Under the pieces are notes generated by a model that was given only the letters and a program-made list of their open reading frames with translations, was not told the DNA's origin and searched no databases. From NCBI GenBank assembly GCA_018303655.1, contig JAGVXT010000007.1, positions 18,228 to 82,227 on the forward strand: a stretch of 64,000 bases of DNA, in the 5' to 3' direction. This DNA comes from Candidatus Woesearchaeota archaeon (GTDB lineage Archaea; Nanobdellota; Nanobdellia; Woesearchaeales; GW2011-AR4). How positions within the stretch are numbered: position 1 is the stretch's first letter; every line of letters starts with the position of its first letter. The position numbers and the translations under genes are program-made. Of this stretch, positions 18,608-27,898 are shown piece by piece.

Positions 18608-20911
18608 TCACATCTTGCTGTGAAAATCCATTTTCTTTACATGGCGCTTCATCCATTCATTCCAGTCAAACAGTATCCTTTTTGAATCCAAATTGCCTAT
18701 CTCGTCCTTTATCCTTTCGGATATCTTGTGGAACTGGTCATTGCTTTGAATCACAAAATCCGCTTCCAATAATCCCAAGTTGCTTGTCTTGTTTGCAAAA
18801 TCAACCAGGCTTTCTTTTATTTTTGCCCTTAGCATTATATTGTCCCAAACGGCATCCCAGTCGCCAGCCCATTCCTTTACATTGCCAGCAATTGCCTTCA
18901 GAATTTCAGAATCTCCATTAATCAAGTCTTCGCTTGTTTCAATCTCGTCTTTTTTTGAGTTGTACTTCATCAGGTCAACAAAGCCTTTTTCAACCAAAGG
19001 ATCCTGCTCCCAGTGCTTTCTTACCTCCGTTATCTGGGTTATTCTTCTCCACCTGTGCAATCCATCTGCGCTTCTTACAGGATTTGCGACAATAACAACA
19101 TCTGTTGCCTTGAAGCTTGTTCTTGGAACTCCCAAGTCATTTACAACCCTGTCAAAAACTCCATAAGGAGAATCTCCGTGAATTGTGCCTGCAACTACAT
19201 TTGCCAATGCTCCAATCCTCATTGCCTCATACAAGGCAAGTGCTTCCTTGCTTCTTATTTCTCCAATAATCAAGGCAGAATCTCCCATCCTTAATGTTGT
19301 CCTTATGCCTTCATCTGCAGGCACCTCGCTTGAGCCTTTTGACAGCGCAGCAGCCACTTTCATTGACTGGATGTTGTATCCCAATTTCCTTAACGAGCCT
19401 GTAGGCAGCTCCAAAGTGTCCTCTATTGTAATGACACGATACTTTCTCATTAATTCAACCAGCACAGCCCCCAGCAGGCTTGTTTTTCCAGCGCTTCTTG
19501 TGCCTGCTATTAATAATGATCTTGCGCCATCAATCAAAAAGCTCATTATGCCTGCTGCCAATGGATTCATCATCTTGTTTTGTATAAACAAAGGAAGTGT
19601 CCATGGCTTGTCTCGATGCCTTCTGAAAGCAAATGCCAATCCAGTTGGATTTAATGGTGCAGATACAACTGCAACCCTTGCATTTGCGCCTGGTATGTTG
19701 AGTTCTGTATCAAGAATCGGGTTTGCTTCATCCAATGGTCTGCCTGAGATAAGCCTAAGCTTGGATGCCCATGAATCAGCTTCAGGTGTTGTTGGAATAA
19801 TGTTTGTCTTGCAATCTGCATAATCCTGATGCACTATGAACATAGGCATCTCCCCCAACGGCGAGTTTATTGTGATGTCCTGCACCTTTTCATCTTGCAA
19901 AAGCAATTCTATCAACCCAAACCCGACAGTATACCTCACTAAAATTTTTGTCATCTCATCTATTTCCGCTGAAGATAATTTTAAATTGCGGTAATTGACA
20001 AGCTCTTCAATCATGTCAGAGCCTATATTGTAAAAAACCTGCCTCATTCTTTCGGGGTCTATAAACTCTGACCTAGTAGGCTTGTGCTCCGCCATTATCT
20101 TTCTTGCCGTGTCAATGATTTCGTATTTCTCCTCGCTCAGCTTGAACTCCGGCGGCATTAAGTGGTAAAGGTACTGCACATTGTCAGGCAATTCAAAGAT
20201 TGCCACTTCTGTATTCTTGTCAATATTGTAGCTGTCGATTTCCTCTCCGTCAGCGGGAAAGGTTGCCATAAGCTTTGTGAAAATAAAATCTGGCCTTATA
20301 TCTGGGGTGAGTATTCTTCTGTAGACAGAGCGCTCATTGAGCTTGTATCCTTCCATATATTGCTTTGCAGCATCTATCAATTTTGTCTTTTCCATCAGGG
20401 ACATAAGATACTGCAAAACTGAAATGTATTTCTGCGCGCATTGAATGTAAGTTTGGTCAATAGTTCTGTCCATCCTTATTCTCTCGTCCCTTACCGTCCT
20501 TTTCAGATCCACATATGCTCCTATAGGGTCCCTTTTCAGCAAGTCTGCTATGATGTTTTGTATGCTTGCATACCACTGCGCAGCCCACTTTGTGCATTTT
20601 GGGTCTGCCAATAAATTTCCATATCCAAACAAATCTCTTCTTTTTGTTAATTGAGAGTGGAGCTTTGCTATTTCCTGAATCATTAGAGTTTGATTGTAAT
20701 CATACTCATAGTTTCTTTTTTGAGTGTAAACTATTTTTGTCACAGTTCCGGCTTCCATGAGAATATCAATGGTCCTGGACATGCACACAGGGTCGTCCTC
20801 AAGGGAAGGTATATGGGGGTATTCCTCCAAGTCAATCATGAGAATTATCTCTTCGCCTTCCCTTATGATGCCATAAGTGAAGGGCTTCTTTGTCTCTCCG
20901 AACAGTGCCAT
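18608..20911 (-). CDS. FlaI/GspE/VirB11-family secretion ATPase
   Basis: Walker A AGTRSAGKTSLLGA, Walker B VITIEDTLEL, and His-box-like GTIHGDSP. Confidence 0.85.
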   Translation of the reverse strand: MALFGETKKPFTYGIIREGEEIILMIDLEEYPHIPSLEDDPVCMSRTIDILMEAGTVTKIVYTQKRNYEYDYNQTLMIQEIAKLHSQLTKRRDLFGYGNLLADPKCTKWAAQWYASIQNIIADLLKRDPIGAYVDLKRTVRDERIRMDRTIDQTYIQCAQKYISVLQYLMSLMEKTKLIDAAKQYMEGYKLNERSVYRRILTPDIRPDFIFTKLMATFPADGEEIDSYNIDKNTEVAIFELPDNVQYLYHLMPPEFKLSEEKYEIIDTARKIMAEHKPTRSEFIDPERMRQVFYNIGSDMIEELVNYRNLKLSSAEIDEMTKILVRYTVGFGLIELLLQDEKVQDITINSPLGEMPMFIVHQDYADCKTNIIPTTPEADSWASKLRLISGRPLDEANPILDTELNIPGANARVAVVSAPLNPTGLAFAFRRHRDKPWTLPLFIQNKMMNPLAAGIMSFLIDGARSLLIAGTRSAGKTSLLGAVLVELMRKYRVITIEDTLELPTGSLRKLGYNIQSMKVAAALSKGSSEVPADEGIRTTLRMGDSALIIGEIRSKEALALYEAMRIGALANVVAGTIHGDSPYGVFDRVVNDLGVPRTSFKATDVVIVANPVRSADGLHRWRRITQITEVRKHWEQDPLVEKGFVDLMKYNSKKDEIETSEDLINGDSEILKAIAGNVKEWAGDWDAVWDNIMLRAKIKESLVDFANKTSNLGLLEADFVIQSNDQFHKISERIKDEIGNLDSKRILFDWNEWMKRHVKKMDFHSKM

Positions 20912-21047
20912 TATCTCTTCGCCTCTTTTTTGAATTAATTTTGTTTATGATATTAACTTTTCAATCCGCTTCGCAAAATCTAGTACTCGGCATTGCTTTT
21001 CTGCCATATCGCAATGCCTCGCCTATCTATTTTATTAAACATCAAAA

Positions 21048-21092
21048 GCGGTTTACTTTCTTGATGCTATGAATCACAAAGTCGCTCTAGTG
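21048..21092 (+). repeat. Bipartite intergenic repeat, copy 2
   Basis: GCGGTTTACTT...AAGTCGCTCTAGTG, upstream of the FlaI-like gene. Confidence 0.6.
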
Positions 21093-21441
21093 TTTTTTTG
21101 AATTTATTTTTCGTTAATGTTTTATTGAATTTTAATATAATATTGTTTATTTTTTGCTTGACTTCAGCATTTCTATCGCAACCTCTATCAAGTGCGACTT
21201 GTTCCTGTACTTTTTAGTGCCTACAACCTCTTTTTCAATCCAATTTATCAAAGCTTCATCGATTGTGGCGCTTATCGGCTTTTTCATCAGCAAAATATTA
21301 TATTATAATATCTATTTTATATTATTATCTATAGTTTATATTATTTTATAACATATGAGTATTTAAATATTGCGGTTTGATATAAAAATAATCGCAGCAA
21401 ATAACAAAGTTTAAATAAGTAGCAATATAAAAATCAGTAAA

Positions 21442-21891
21442 ATGCCAGCACAGGAAACTAGTTTGCCTCCACCGCCTAAAAAGCACGAGGGAATTCTAAA
21501 ATTCGGGCATGCTCAGCAGCAGGAAGCTCCTGACTTCAGCGGCATAACAACTGATGTGAACACATTAAGCAGGCGCTTAAGGCTGCTGGAAGAAGGATTC
21601 ACAAACCTCAGGAGATTCTTCCAGGTTACAGAAGAAAACATAATAGCAAAGAACAAGCACTTCTCAGCTGAGATAAAGACATTGACCAGCGATGTCAATG
21701 AAGTTAGGAAGGAAATCCAGGAAATGAAGGACAAATTGATTCTTGTGATAATAGAGCTCCAGTCAGTTGCAAGAAAGCAAGAAGTCAAGGTGCTTGAAAG
21801 GTACATAAACCTGTGGAATCCAATCAAGTTCGTGACTCAAAATGAAGTGGAGCAGATTATCAATGAAGTTCTTGATAAAAAGCAGCAATAG
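21442..21891 (+). CDS. Hypothetical coiled-coil protein
   Basis: ORF with heptad-like charged sequence and no recognised family. Confidence 0.4.
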   Translation: MPAQETSLPPPPKKHEGILKFGHAQQQEAPDFSGITTDVNTLSRRLRLLEEGFTNLRRFFQVTEENIIAKNKHFSAEIKTLTSDVNEVRKEIQEMKDKLILVIIELQSVARKQEVKVLERYINLWNPIKFVTQNEVEQIINEVLDKKQQ

Positions 21892-21943
21892 AAAGGTTTA
21901 AATATGTTCATTGAAAGTAGAGTTCTAAAAGAGAGGTGCATTA

Positions 21944-22636
21944 ATGGCTTTCTTTAAGTTAAAGAAGAAGAGAGATGAGTCTTTAGACATGCCAATACCA
22001 TCTCCGGAGATGCAGGCTCCGCAGCCTCAGGCATCGCCTGTTGAGCAGGTTCTCATGATGAAGCAGCAAGGCTATACAAACAACCAGATTGTTCAAACGC
22101 TTCAAAGCCAGGGCTACAACACTTCCCAGATTTTTGACGCAATAAACCAGGCTGGGTTAAGCGGCGGATTTGAAGCAGGCCCTGAGCCGGAAAATCTGGA
22201 AATGGGGATGCAGGAATATGGAAGTTATGAGCAGCCTCAGCAGCAGCAGTCATTTCAAACATTCCAGGCTCCTAGGGAAATCCAGCCGCCTACCTCAATA
22301 GACGAGGAAAGAATACAGGAAGTGGCTGAAGCAATCATTGATGAAAAATGGGAAGAGCTTGCAAAGGACATCAGGAAAGTGATTGAGTGGAAGGAAAAAA
22401 GCGAGGACAGGCTGGCAAAGCTTGAGCAGCAGGTTATTGACATGAGGCTAAGCATTGATTCACTTACAAAAAGCATAATGAGCAAGATTTCTTCTTATGA
22501 TCAGAATATTGTTGATGTAGGCACAGAAGTCAAGGCAATGGAAAAAGTTTTCCAGAAAGTTCTTCCAACACTTACAGAAAGCGTCAACAAGCTTGACAGG
22601 ATGACTAAAGGCTACAAAGAGCCAGGAAAGAAATAA
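21944..22636 (+). CDS. Hypothetical Q-rich coiled-coil protein with an N-terminal GY(T)xxxI...L...GY...I module
   Basis: An ORF containing the module QQGYTNNQIVQTLQSQGYNTSQIFDAINQ, followed by a long coiled coil. Confidence 0.4.
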   Translation: MAFFKLKKKRDESLDMPIPSPEMQAPQPQASPVEQVLMMKQQGYTNNQIVQTLQSQGYNTSQIFDAINQAGLSGGFEAGPEPENLEMGMQEYGSYEQPQQQQSFQTFQAPREIQPPTSIDEERIQEVAEAIIDEKWEELAKDIRKVIEWKEKSEDRLAKLEQQVIDMRLSIDSLTKSIMSKISSYDQNIVDVGTEVKAMEKVFQKVLPTLTESVNKLDRMTKGYKEPGKK

Positions 22637-22637
22637 G

Positions 22638-22910
22638 TTATTTTGGTTGGGGTATAATTTCTTGTAAATAAGTTCTAAGCACTCCTGTATGTGCACATCC
22701 TGTGTCTGGTTGTATAACTGCAATCTGCTTAGGTTTGTCATCCTCACCTTTAGCCAGCCTAACTCTTAATACATAATTCACCCTCCCACTTTCATTCTGG
22801 ATTTTATAGATGGCAGGGTCAAATCCATCAACAGTATGCGCTTCTCCAGTTGCTTTTAAAACTGATTGTGCGAAATGTTGCGCTAAATCACCGATATTGC
22901 TCAAAGGCAC
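22638..22910 (-). CDS. Hypothetical protein (GTG start)
   Basis: ORF only. Confidence 0.3.
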   Translation of the reverse strand: MPLSNIGDLAQHFAQSVLKATGEAHTVDGFDPAIYKIQNESGRVNYVLRVRLAKGEDDKPKQIAVIQPDTGCAHTGVLRTYLQEIIPQPK

Positions 22911-23059
22911 TTTATCTGAATTAGTTGGAATTTGAAGTAATTCACCTATGTCTCGTCTCCTATAACACGCGCTTTCCCAACTACAAAAATTTTAGGCAAT
23001 AATCCAACATATTCTGAATCTTGTGTCACTATTCACCCCACTAAAAATTTCCACAATAA

Positions 23060-23557
23060 CTAGCTTCTTCCAGCCAGCAAAGCAATAGTGAAGACAGCTA
23101 TTGCCAGTATCAATACCATGCCGATAAAAGTAGGATGGAAAATAAGGTTTATCGTCTTTGAAAGGTCTTTTTGCGTTTCTGAAGGAACATTCACATTTTC
23201 CCTTATTTTTATGCCGGCTGTAATAACCAATATCAGTATGATGATCATTATGAAAACGCCTCTCATGGCAGGAAATGCCTCGATGTCCCCACCAAGCATT
23301 TTTGTTGCAACTGATACTAAAACTACAAAAACAAGGGTGACTGCAATAAACGGGGCAGTGCTTGCAACAATGTCTGTTGCAATAGGCGATATCAAAACAA
23401 ATATTGCAATCAATAAGCTTACAAGGGCATGAATAAACTTGTTATCCCCCAAGATTTTTGCCCACAGCAGCACGGCATATCCACCTACCCACACAAAAAG
23501 AAAAACAAAAATGCTTGAGAAATGCTCCAAGCCTGTTACATCAAGAAATGTTGCCAT
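23060..23557 (-). CDS. Integral membrane protein, paralog 3 of a tandem trio
   Basis: Multi-TM protein that shares architecture with the two upstream paralogs. Confidence 0.5.
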   Translation of the reverse strand: MATFLDVTGLEHFSSIFVFLFVWVGGYAVLLWAKILGDNKFIHALVSLLIAIFVLISPIATDIVASTAPFIAVTLVFVVLVSVATKMLGGDIEAFPAMRGVFIMIIILILVITAGIKIRENVNVPSETQKDLSKTINLIFHPTFIGMVLILAIAVFTIALLAGRS

Positions 23558-23563
23558 CTTTTA

Positions 23564-24166
23564 TTACTTCTTTCCGAAAAGCTTGCTGAAGTCCATGCCC
23601 AACCTATTAAGGATTGTTCGATCCTCCCTTTCCTTTGAGTCGCTTGTGATCCACGCAATGATTATGCCAAACACAAGAAGCATGATGAAAATAGCAATTC
23701 CCTCTGTGCCAAAAAAGTTCTCCAATGTTGTGCCGAAGCCGCTGTCCCACCATCCTGCTGCCCCTCCAAAAATCAATACAATAATTATCAATGAAACAAG
23801 CGTAATCCAGCCCGGCATAGTCACTCCTAAAAACACGTAATCCTGGCCAAACACGCCAATCATAAGCAGCAGGAATATAATTGCAACAAGCACGATTGAA
23901 ATTTGAGGCAGCGCCTCGTTCATAATCTCAACAGGGTCTGCATTTGGTGGAAACCCCCCAGTCACATGAGGTATGACAACAAGCAAGCCGACAATAACTG
24001 CTACAACAACATTAAGGTTCTTCTTGGTTTCTCCAAGTATCTTGGTTTTCTGCAATACAGCATAAACAATCACAAATATCAGCAGGAATGGAAGCAGTAC
24101 ATCTGTCAGTCCCCATCTTTCCAAAGTCCTGACAAAACCCTCAAGCTGTAAGGCCTCAGCAGCCAT
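23564..24166 (-). CDS. Integral membrane protein, paralog 2 of a tandem trio
   Basis: The N-terminal motif GLTDVLLPFLLIFVIVYAVLQKTKILGETKKNLN is shared with paralog 1. Confidence 0.55.
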   Translation of the reverse strand: MAAEALQLEGFVRTLERWGLTDVLLPFLLIFVIVYAVLQKTKILGETKKNLNVVVAVIVGLLVVIPHVTGGFPPNADPVEIMNEALPQISIVLVAIIFLLLMIGVFGQDYVFLGVTMPGWITLVSLIIIVLIFGGAAGWWDSGFGTTLENFFGTEGIAIFIMLLVFGIIIAWITSDSKEREDRTILNRLGMDFSKLFGKK

Positions 24167-24219
24167 TTTTGCACCTCTTTAAATCAAATCTTAATTATTT
24201 TGATGTTAGTATATAAAGT

Positions 24220-24780
24220 TTATGAATGTTTTGCCTCTTTTGAAGGCTCCCTGACCGCATAAACCACGAACAATACGATTAATGCAAGCAAAATAATTGA
24301 GCCGGCAAGCTCGTCGCTGCCTGAGCCTGTGAAATCGCCTAATCTTTCAAGCCATGTCCTTCCATCAGGGCTTTTAATTGCATTGAGAAAAATTCCCATG
24401 ATAGCTATGAACACTATTATCATAAATACAACCTTCCATCCGCCTTCAAGAAACACAGGCTCGCCTTCCTTGTAGAAAGAACCGACCAAAAGCAGGAATA
24501 AGACTGATAAGAATAATACAACAACGGCATTTGCCGAGACTGTTGTTATTATTTCAACTAATTCCGAGGAAGCGACAACCAAAAATGCCATGACAAAAGA
24601 AGCAATTGCATTAAGGTTCTTTTTTGTGTACCTTTTGCCTTCTATGTCTTCTGTGCCAAGCACCTTTGTCTTCTCAAGTATTGCAAAAACAATGGTGAAA
24701 ACAAGCAAAAACGGCAGAACAACGTCAAATAGGCCTATGCTGTCAAAAAATTCTATCACTTCCCTGAAAGGAGTAGCCAT
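24220..24780 (-). CDS. Integral membrane protein, paralog 1 of a tandem trio
   Basis: GLFDVVLPFLLVFTIVFAILEKTKVLG...KKNLN. Confidence 0.55.
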   Translation of the reverse strand: MATPFREVIEFFDSIGLFDVVLPFLLVFTIVFAILEKTKVLGTEDIEGKRYTKKNLNAIASFVMAFLVVASSELVEIITTVSANAVVVLFLSVLFLLLVGSFYKEGEPVFLEGGWKVVFMIIVFIAIMGIFLNAIKSPDGRTWLERLGDFTGSGSDELAGSIILLALIVLFVVYAVREPSKEAKHS

Positions 24781-24847
24781 AGGGTTTTAACTCTAAATTA
24801 TGTATTTAAATGTTTCTTTTTTAGAAGCAAAAAAGAAGCAACGAACA

Positions 24848-24921
24848 GTCGAATGCGAGTGAGCAGTGACATAGCGAGCGAAGCGAACTTCGCAAGTCAC
24901 GCGAACTCGCTCACAACTCAC
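24848..24921 (+). repeat. GC-rich palindromic intergenic repeat, copy B (full length)
   Basis: GTCGAATGCGAGTGAGC, a 36-nt spacer, then GCGAACTCGCTCACAACTCAC, lying in a divergent promoter region. Confidence 0.8.
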
Positions 24922-24963
24922 TGAAATTGTTTTGGTTTTAGGTTTCTCAAAACCTTTATAAAT

Positions 24964-25554
24964 ATGCCATCAACATTATCCTATATGCTTAACAAAAGCG
25001 AATTCAATAAGATAAGGGAAGACATGCATAAAGTGGATTTGGTAAGAGAGGAGATAATCCAGACTTCAAGAGAGATTATAACCATTTCAAAGCAGATAAT
25101 TTATGCTGCCCAGAGGGATGACCTGAATGAAGCGGAATCTGCAATAAAATCAATAAAAAGCAAGATTAAAAAACTAAGAAAAGTCAACATCTCAACAGAC
25201 ACAAACATAAACTCTGTTGCATTTCAGGAGTATGTTGAGGCAATTTCCTTTTATGAATTTGTCAAGAACGGCAAAATTCCTACAAGAGCAAGCCTTGGAG
25301 TTTCTGCAGATGATTACCTAAGCGGGCTTTGCGATTTGACAGGCGAGCTTGTAAGGAAAGCAATCTATGACGTTATCCACAAAAAATTTGACGAGGCTTC
25401 CAAAATAAAGGAGCTGGTGCATGACATTTACGGTGAATTCCTGAAGCTGCACCTAAGAAACGGCGAGTTAAGAAAAAAGTCAGATTCCATAAAGTGGAAC
25501 CTCAAGAAACTGGAAGAGGTCATGTACGACATTTCTATGAAAGGAAGGCATTGA
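24964..25554 (+). CDS. Translin family protein
   Basis: DYLSGLCDLTGELVRKA matches the translin/TRAX signature, in an all-helical protein of about 190 aa. Confidence 0.65.
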   Translation: MPSTLSYMLNKSEFNKIREDMHKVDLVREEIIQTSREIITISKQIIYAAQRDDLNEAESAIKSIKSKIKKLRKVNISTDTNINSVAFQEYVEAISFYEFVKNGKIPTRASLGVSADDYLSGLCDLTGELVRKAIYDVIHKKFDEASKIKELVHDIYGEFLKLHLRNGELRKKSDSIKWNLKKLEEVMYDISMKGRH

Positions 25555-25638
25555 ATTTTAAGTTTTTGATTGTCAGGTTAAATAAATAAAAATAAGTTAT
25601 CCAATAAATTTAAATAACTTCTTTTAATCCGTATTTCT

Positions 25639-27876
25639 ATGAAAAGAACCCATACTTGCGGAGAACTAACTGGTAAAGACATTAACAAAAAAGTCACTTT
25701 ATGCGGCTGGTGCTCCACCAGAAGAGACCACGGAGGAGTCATTTTTATTGACTTGAGGGACAGGTACGGAATTACGCAGATTGTTTTTGACCCTTCTTTT
25801 AATCCTGAATCACATAAAATAGCTGAAAAGCTCGGAAGGGAAGATGTCATACAGGTAAAAGGCATTGTAAATCAAAGGAAAAAAGGGATGGAAAACCCAA
25901 AGATGCACACAGGTTCCATAGAGGTTTTTGCCGAGAATATTGAGATTTTAAGCGAGGCTGCAACACCTCCAATAGAAGTTGACGAGAGGGTTCTTGCGCA
26001 TGAAGACACCAGATTAAAGTACAGGTACCTTGACTTAAGAAAGCAGAATATGCAGCACAACATTTTAACAAGGCACAAGGTTACCAAGTCTGTTCGCGAC
26101 TATTTTGACAGCTTAAGCTTTTTGGAAATTGAAACCCCTATCCTGACAAAAAGCACGCCTGAAGGAGCTAGAGATTATCTTGTGCCGTCAAGGATAAGCC
26201 CCGGCAAGTTTTACGCGCTGCCGCAAAGCCCGCAGATTTTCAAGCAGCTGCTCATGGTTTCAGGATTTGACCGGTATTTCCAGATTGCAAAATGCTTCAG
26301 GGACGAAGACTTAAGGGCAGATCGTCAGCCTGAGTTCACCCAAATTGATGTTGAGATGAGCTTTGTCGATGAAGATGATGTGATGCATGCAATTGAAGGC
26401 ATGCTCAAGCACGTATTCAGGATTGTTTTGAATAAAGACCTGAAGATTCCGTTTCCAAGGCTGGCTTATTATGAAGCAGTAGGCAAGTACGGGCTTGACA
26501 GGCCCGATACAAGGTTTGAAATGCATTTGGCTGACGTTACTGAAATTGTCAGGCATTCAAACTTTGAGGTATTTACTAAACCAGTAAAGCAAAATGGAAT
26601 TGTAAAGTGCATAAATGCAAAAGGCTGCGCTGGCTTCAGCAGGACTATCATAGAAGAACTTACAGCATTTGTTGCAATCTACGGCTCAAAGGGATTGGCT
26701 TGGATGAAAGTAACCGATAAAGGGCTTGAAAGCTCAATTGTGAAGTTCTTTGACGAAAAAATACAAAAGGAATTGATGAAGGCAGCAGACGCAAAGAAAG
26801 ATGACTTGTTGCTTTTTGTAACAGATACAAACCACGAGATTGTGAACACAGCTCTTGGCAATTTAAGGATTGAATTGGCAAGAAGGCTGAAGCTTCTGGA
26901 CCAAAATCATTTTAATTTTGTGTGGATTGTTGACTTTCCCTTCTTTAAAAAGGATGATTATGACAACTGGACATTTACCCACAATCCTTTCTCTGCGCCA
27001 AAGCCAAGTCACATGGAATGGCTGATGAAAAAGCAGAACATCACAAACATACTGACAACTCAATACGACGTGGTTTTGAATGGTGTGGAAATTGGAGGAG
27101 GCAGCATAAGAAACCACAAGCCAGAAGCGCTTCAAAGGGTATTTGAAATAATGGGATATAACGAGGAAGAGATTGAGCAGAAATTTGGGCATGTGATTGA
27201 GGCATTTTCATATGGTGCTCCTCCCCACGGCGGAATAGCCTTGGGCTTTGACAGGTTAGTTGCGATGATAACAGGCAACGAGTCAATAAGGGAAGTAATT
27301 GCATTCCCAAAGAACAAGGCAGCAGAATCATTAATGGAAGCTGCTCCAAGCGAGGTAAGCGAAAAGCAGTTGCAGGAACTGCACATCAAGCTTGATTTTG
27401 TCAGGGACACTGTAAACGTTGTTCTTGGCAAAATAAAAGATGTTTTGAACAGGGAGAAGATTGAATACGAAGTTTTGGAGCACAAGCCTGTTTTCACAAG
27501 CAAAGAGGCTGCTGAAGTAAGGGGAACGGAATTAAAGCAGGGCACTAAAGCATTAATATGCAAGACAGAAGAAGGGTTTATACAGGCAGTTGTTTCAGGG
27601 GCAAATGAGCTTGATATTGATAAACTGCAGAAATTGACCTTATACAAAAAAATTGAATTAGCGAATGCAAAGGAAGTCAGGCAGGCTACCGGCTGCAATA
27701 TAGGAAGCGTGCCTCCGTTTGGAAATCTGTTTGGCTTGAAAGTTTATTTTGACAAATCTGTTGTTGATAATGATGTTGTTGCATTCAATGCAGGCCAGCA
27801 TACAAAAAGCATCAAGATGAAGGCAAAGGATTTGGTCAAAGTTGTGAATCCGATTGTTGGGGAGTTTGGAAAGTAA
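25639..27876 (+). CDS. aspS: Aspartyl-tRNA synthetase (bacterial type) fused to a C-terminal YbaK/ProX-like aminoacyl-tRNA editing domain
   Basis: MKRTHTCGELT...GWCSTRRDHGGVIFIDLRDRYG and class II motifs (FRDEDLRADRQPEFTQ, GGGSIR, GFDRLV). The last roughly 160 aa (KALICK...GCNIGSVPPFG) match tRNA_edit/YbaK. Confidence 0.85.
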   Translation: MKRTHTCGELTGKDINKKVTLCGWCSTRRDHGGVIFIDLRDRYGITQIVFDPSFNPESHKIAEKLGREDVIQVKGIVNQRKKGMENPKMHTGSIEVFAENIEILSEAATPPIEVDERVLAHEDTRLKYRYLDLRKQNMQHNILTRHKVTKSVRDYFDSLSFLEIETPILTKSTPEGARDYLVPSRISPGKFYALPQSPQIFKQLLMVSGFDRYFQIAKCFRDEDLRADRQPEFTQIDVEMSFVDEDDVMHAIEGMLKHVFRIVLNKDLKIPFPRLAYYEAVGKYGLDRPDTRFEMHLADVTEIVRHSNFEVFTKPVKQNGIVKCINAKGCAGFSRTIIEELTAFVAIYGSKGLAWMKVTDKGLESSIVKFFDEKIQKELMKAADAKKDDLLLFVTDTNHEIVNTALGNLRIELARRLKLLDQNHFNFVWIVDFPFFKKDDYDNWTFTHNPFSAPKPSHMEWLMKKQNITNILTTQYDVVLNGVEIGGGSIRNHKPEALQRVFEIMGYNEEEIEQKFGHVIEAFSYGAPPHGGIALGFDRLVAMITGNESIREVIAFPKNKAAESLMEAAPSEVSEKQLQELHIKLDFVRDTVNVVLGKIKDVLNREKIEYEVLEHKPVFTSKEAAEVRGTELKQGTKALICKTEEGFIQAVVSGANELDIDKLQKLTLYKKIELANAKEVRQATGCNIGSVPPFGNLFGLKVYFDKSVVDNDVVAFNAGQHTKSIKMKAKDLVKVVNPIVGEFGK

Positions 27877-27898
27877 TGATTTTATTGTAGATATTAAA

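Noticed and set aside
21154-21351. 65-aa ORF in the extremely AT-rich spacer upstream of 21442
   Set aside because: Low-complexity AT-rich sequence with a hydrophobic junk translation. It is more likely promoter or spacer DNA.
22911-23040. Short upstream frame (VTQDSEYVGLLPKIFVVGKARVIGDET*) ahead of the 90-aa ORF at 22638..22910, as a possible third mRNA intron or frameshift
   Set aside because: I could not recognise the protein family, so no conserved motif defines the junction. No convincing 4-bp helix with flanking 3-nt bulges was found, only a GAAUU/AAUUC hairpin.
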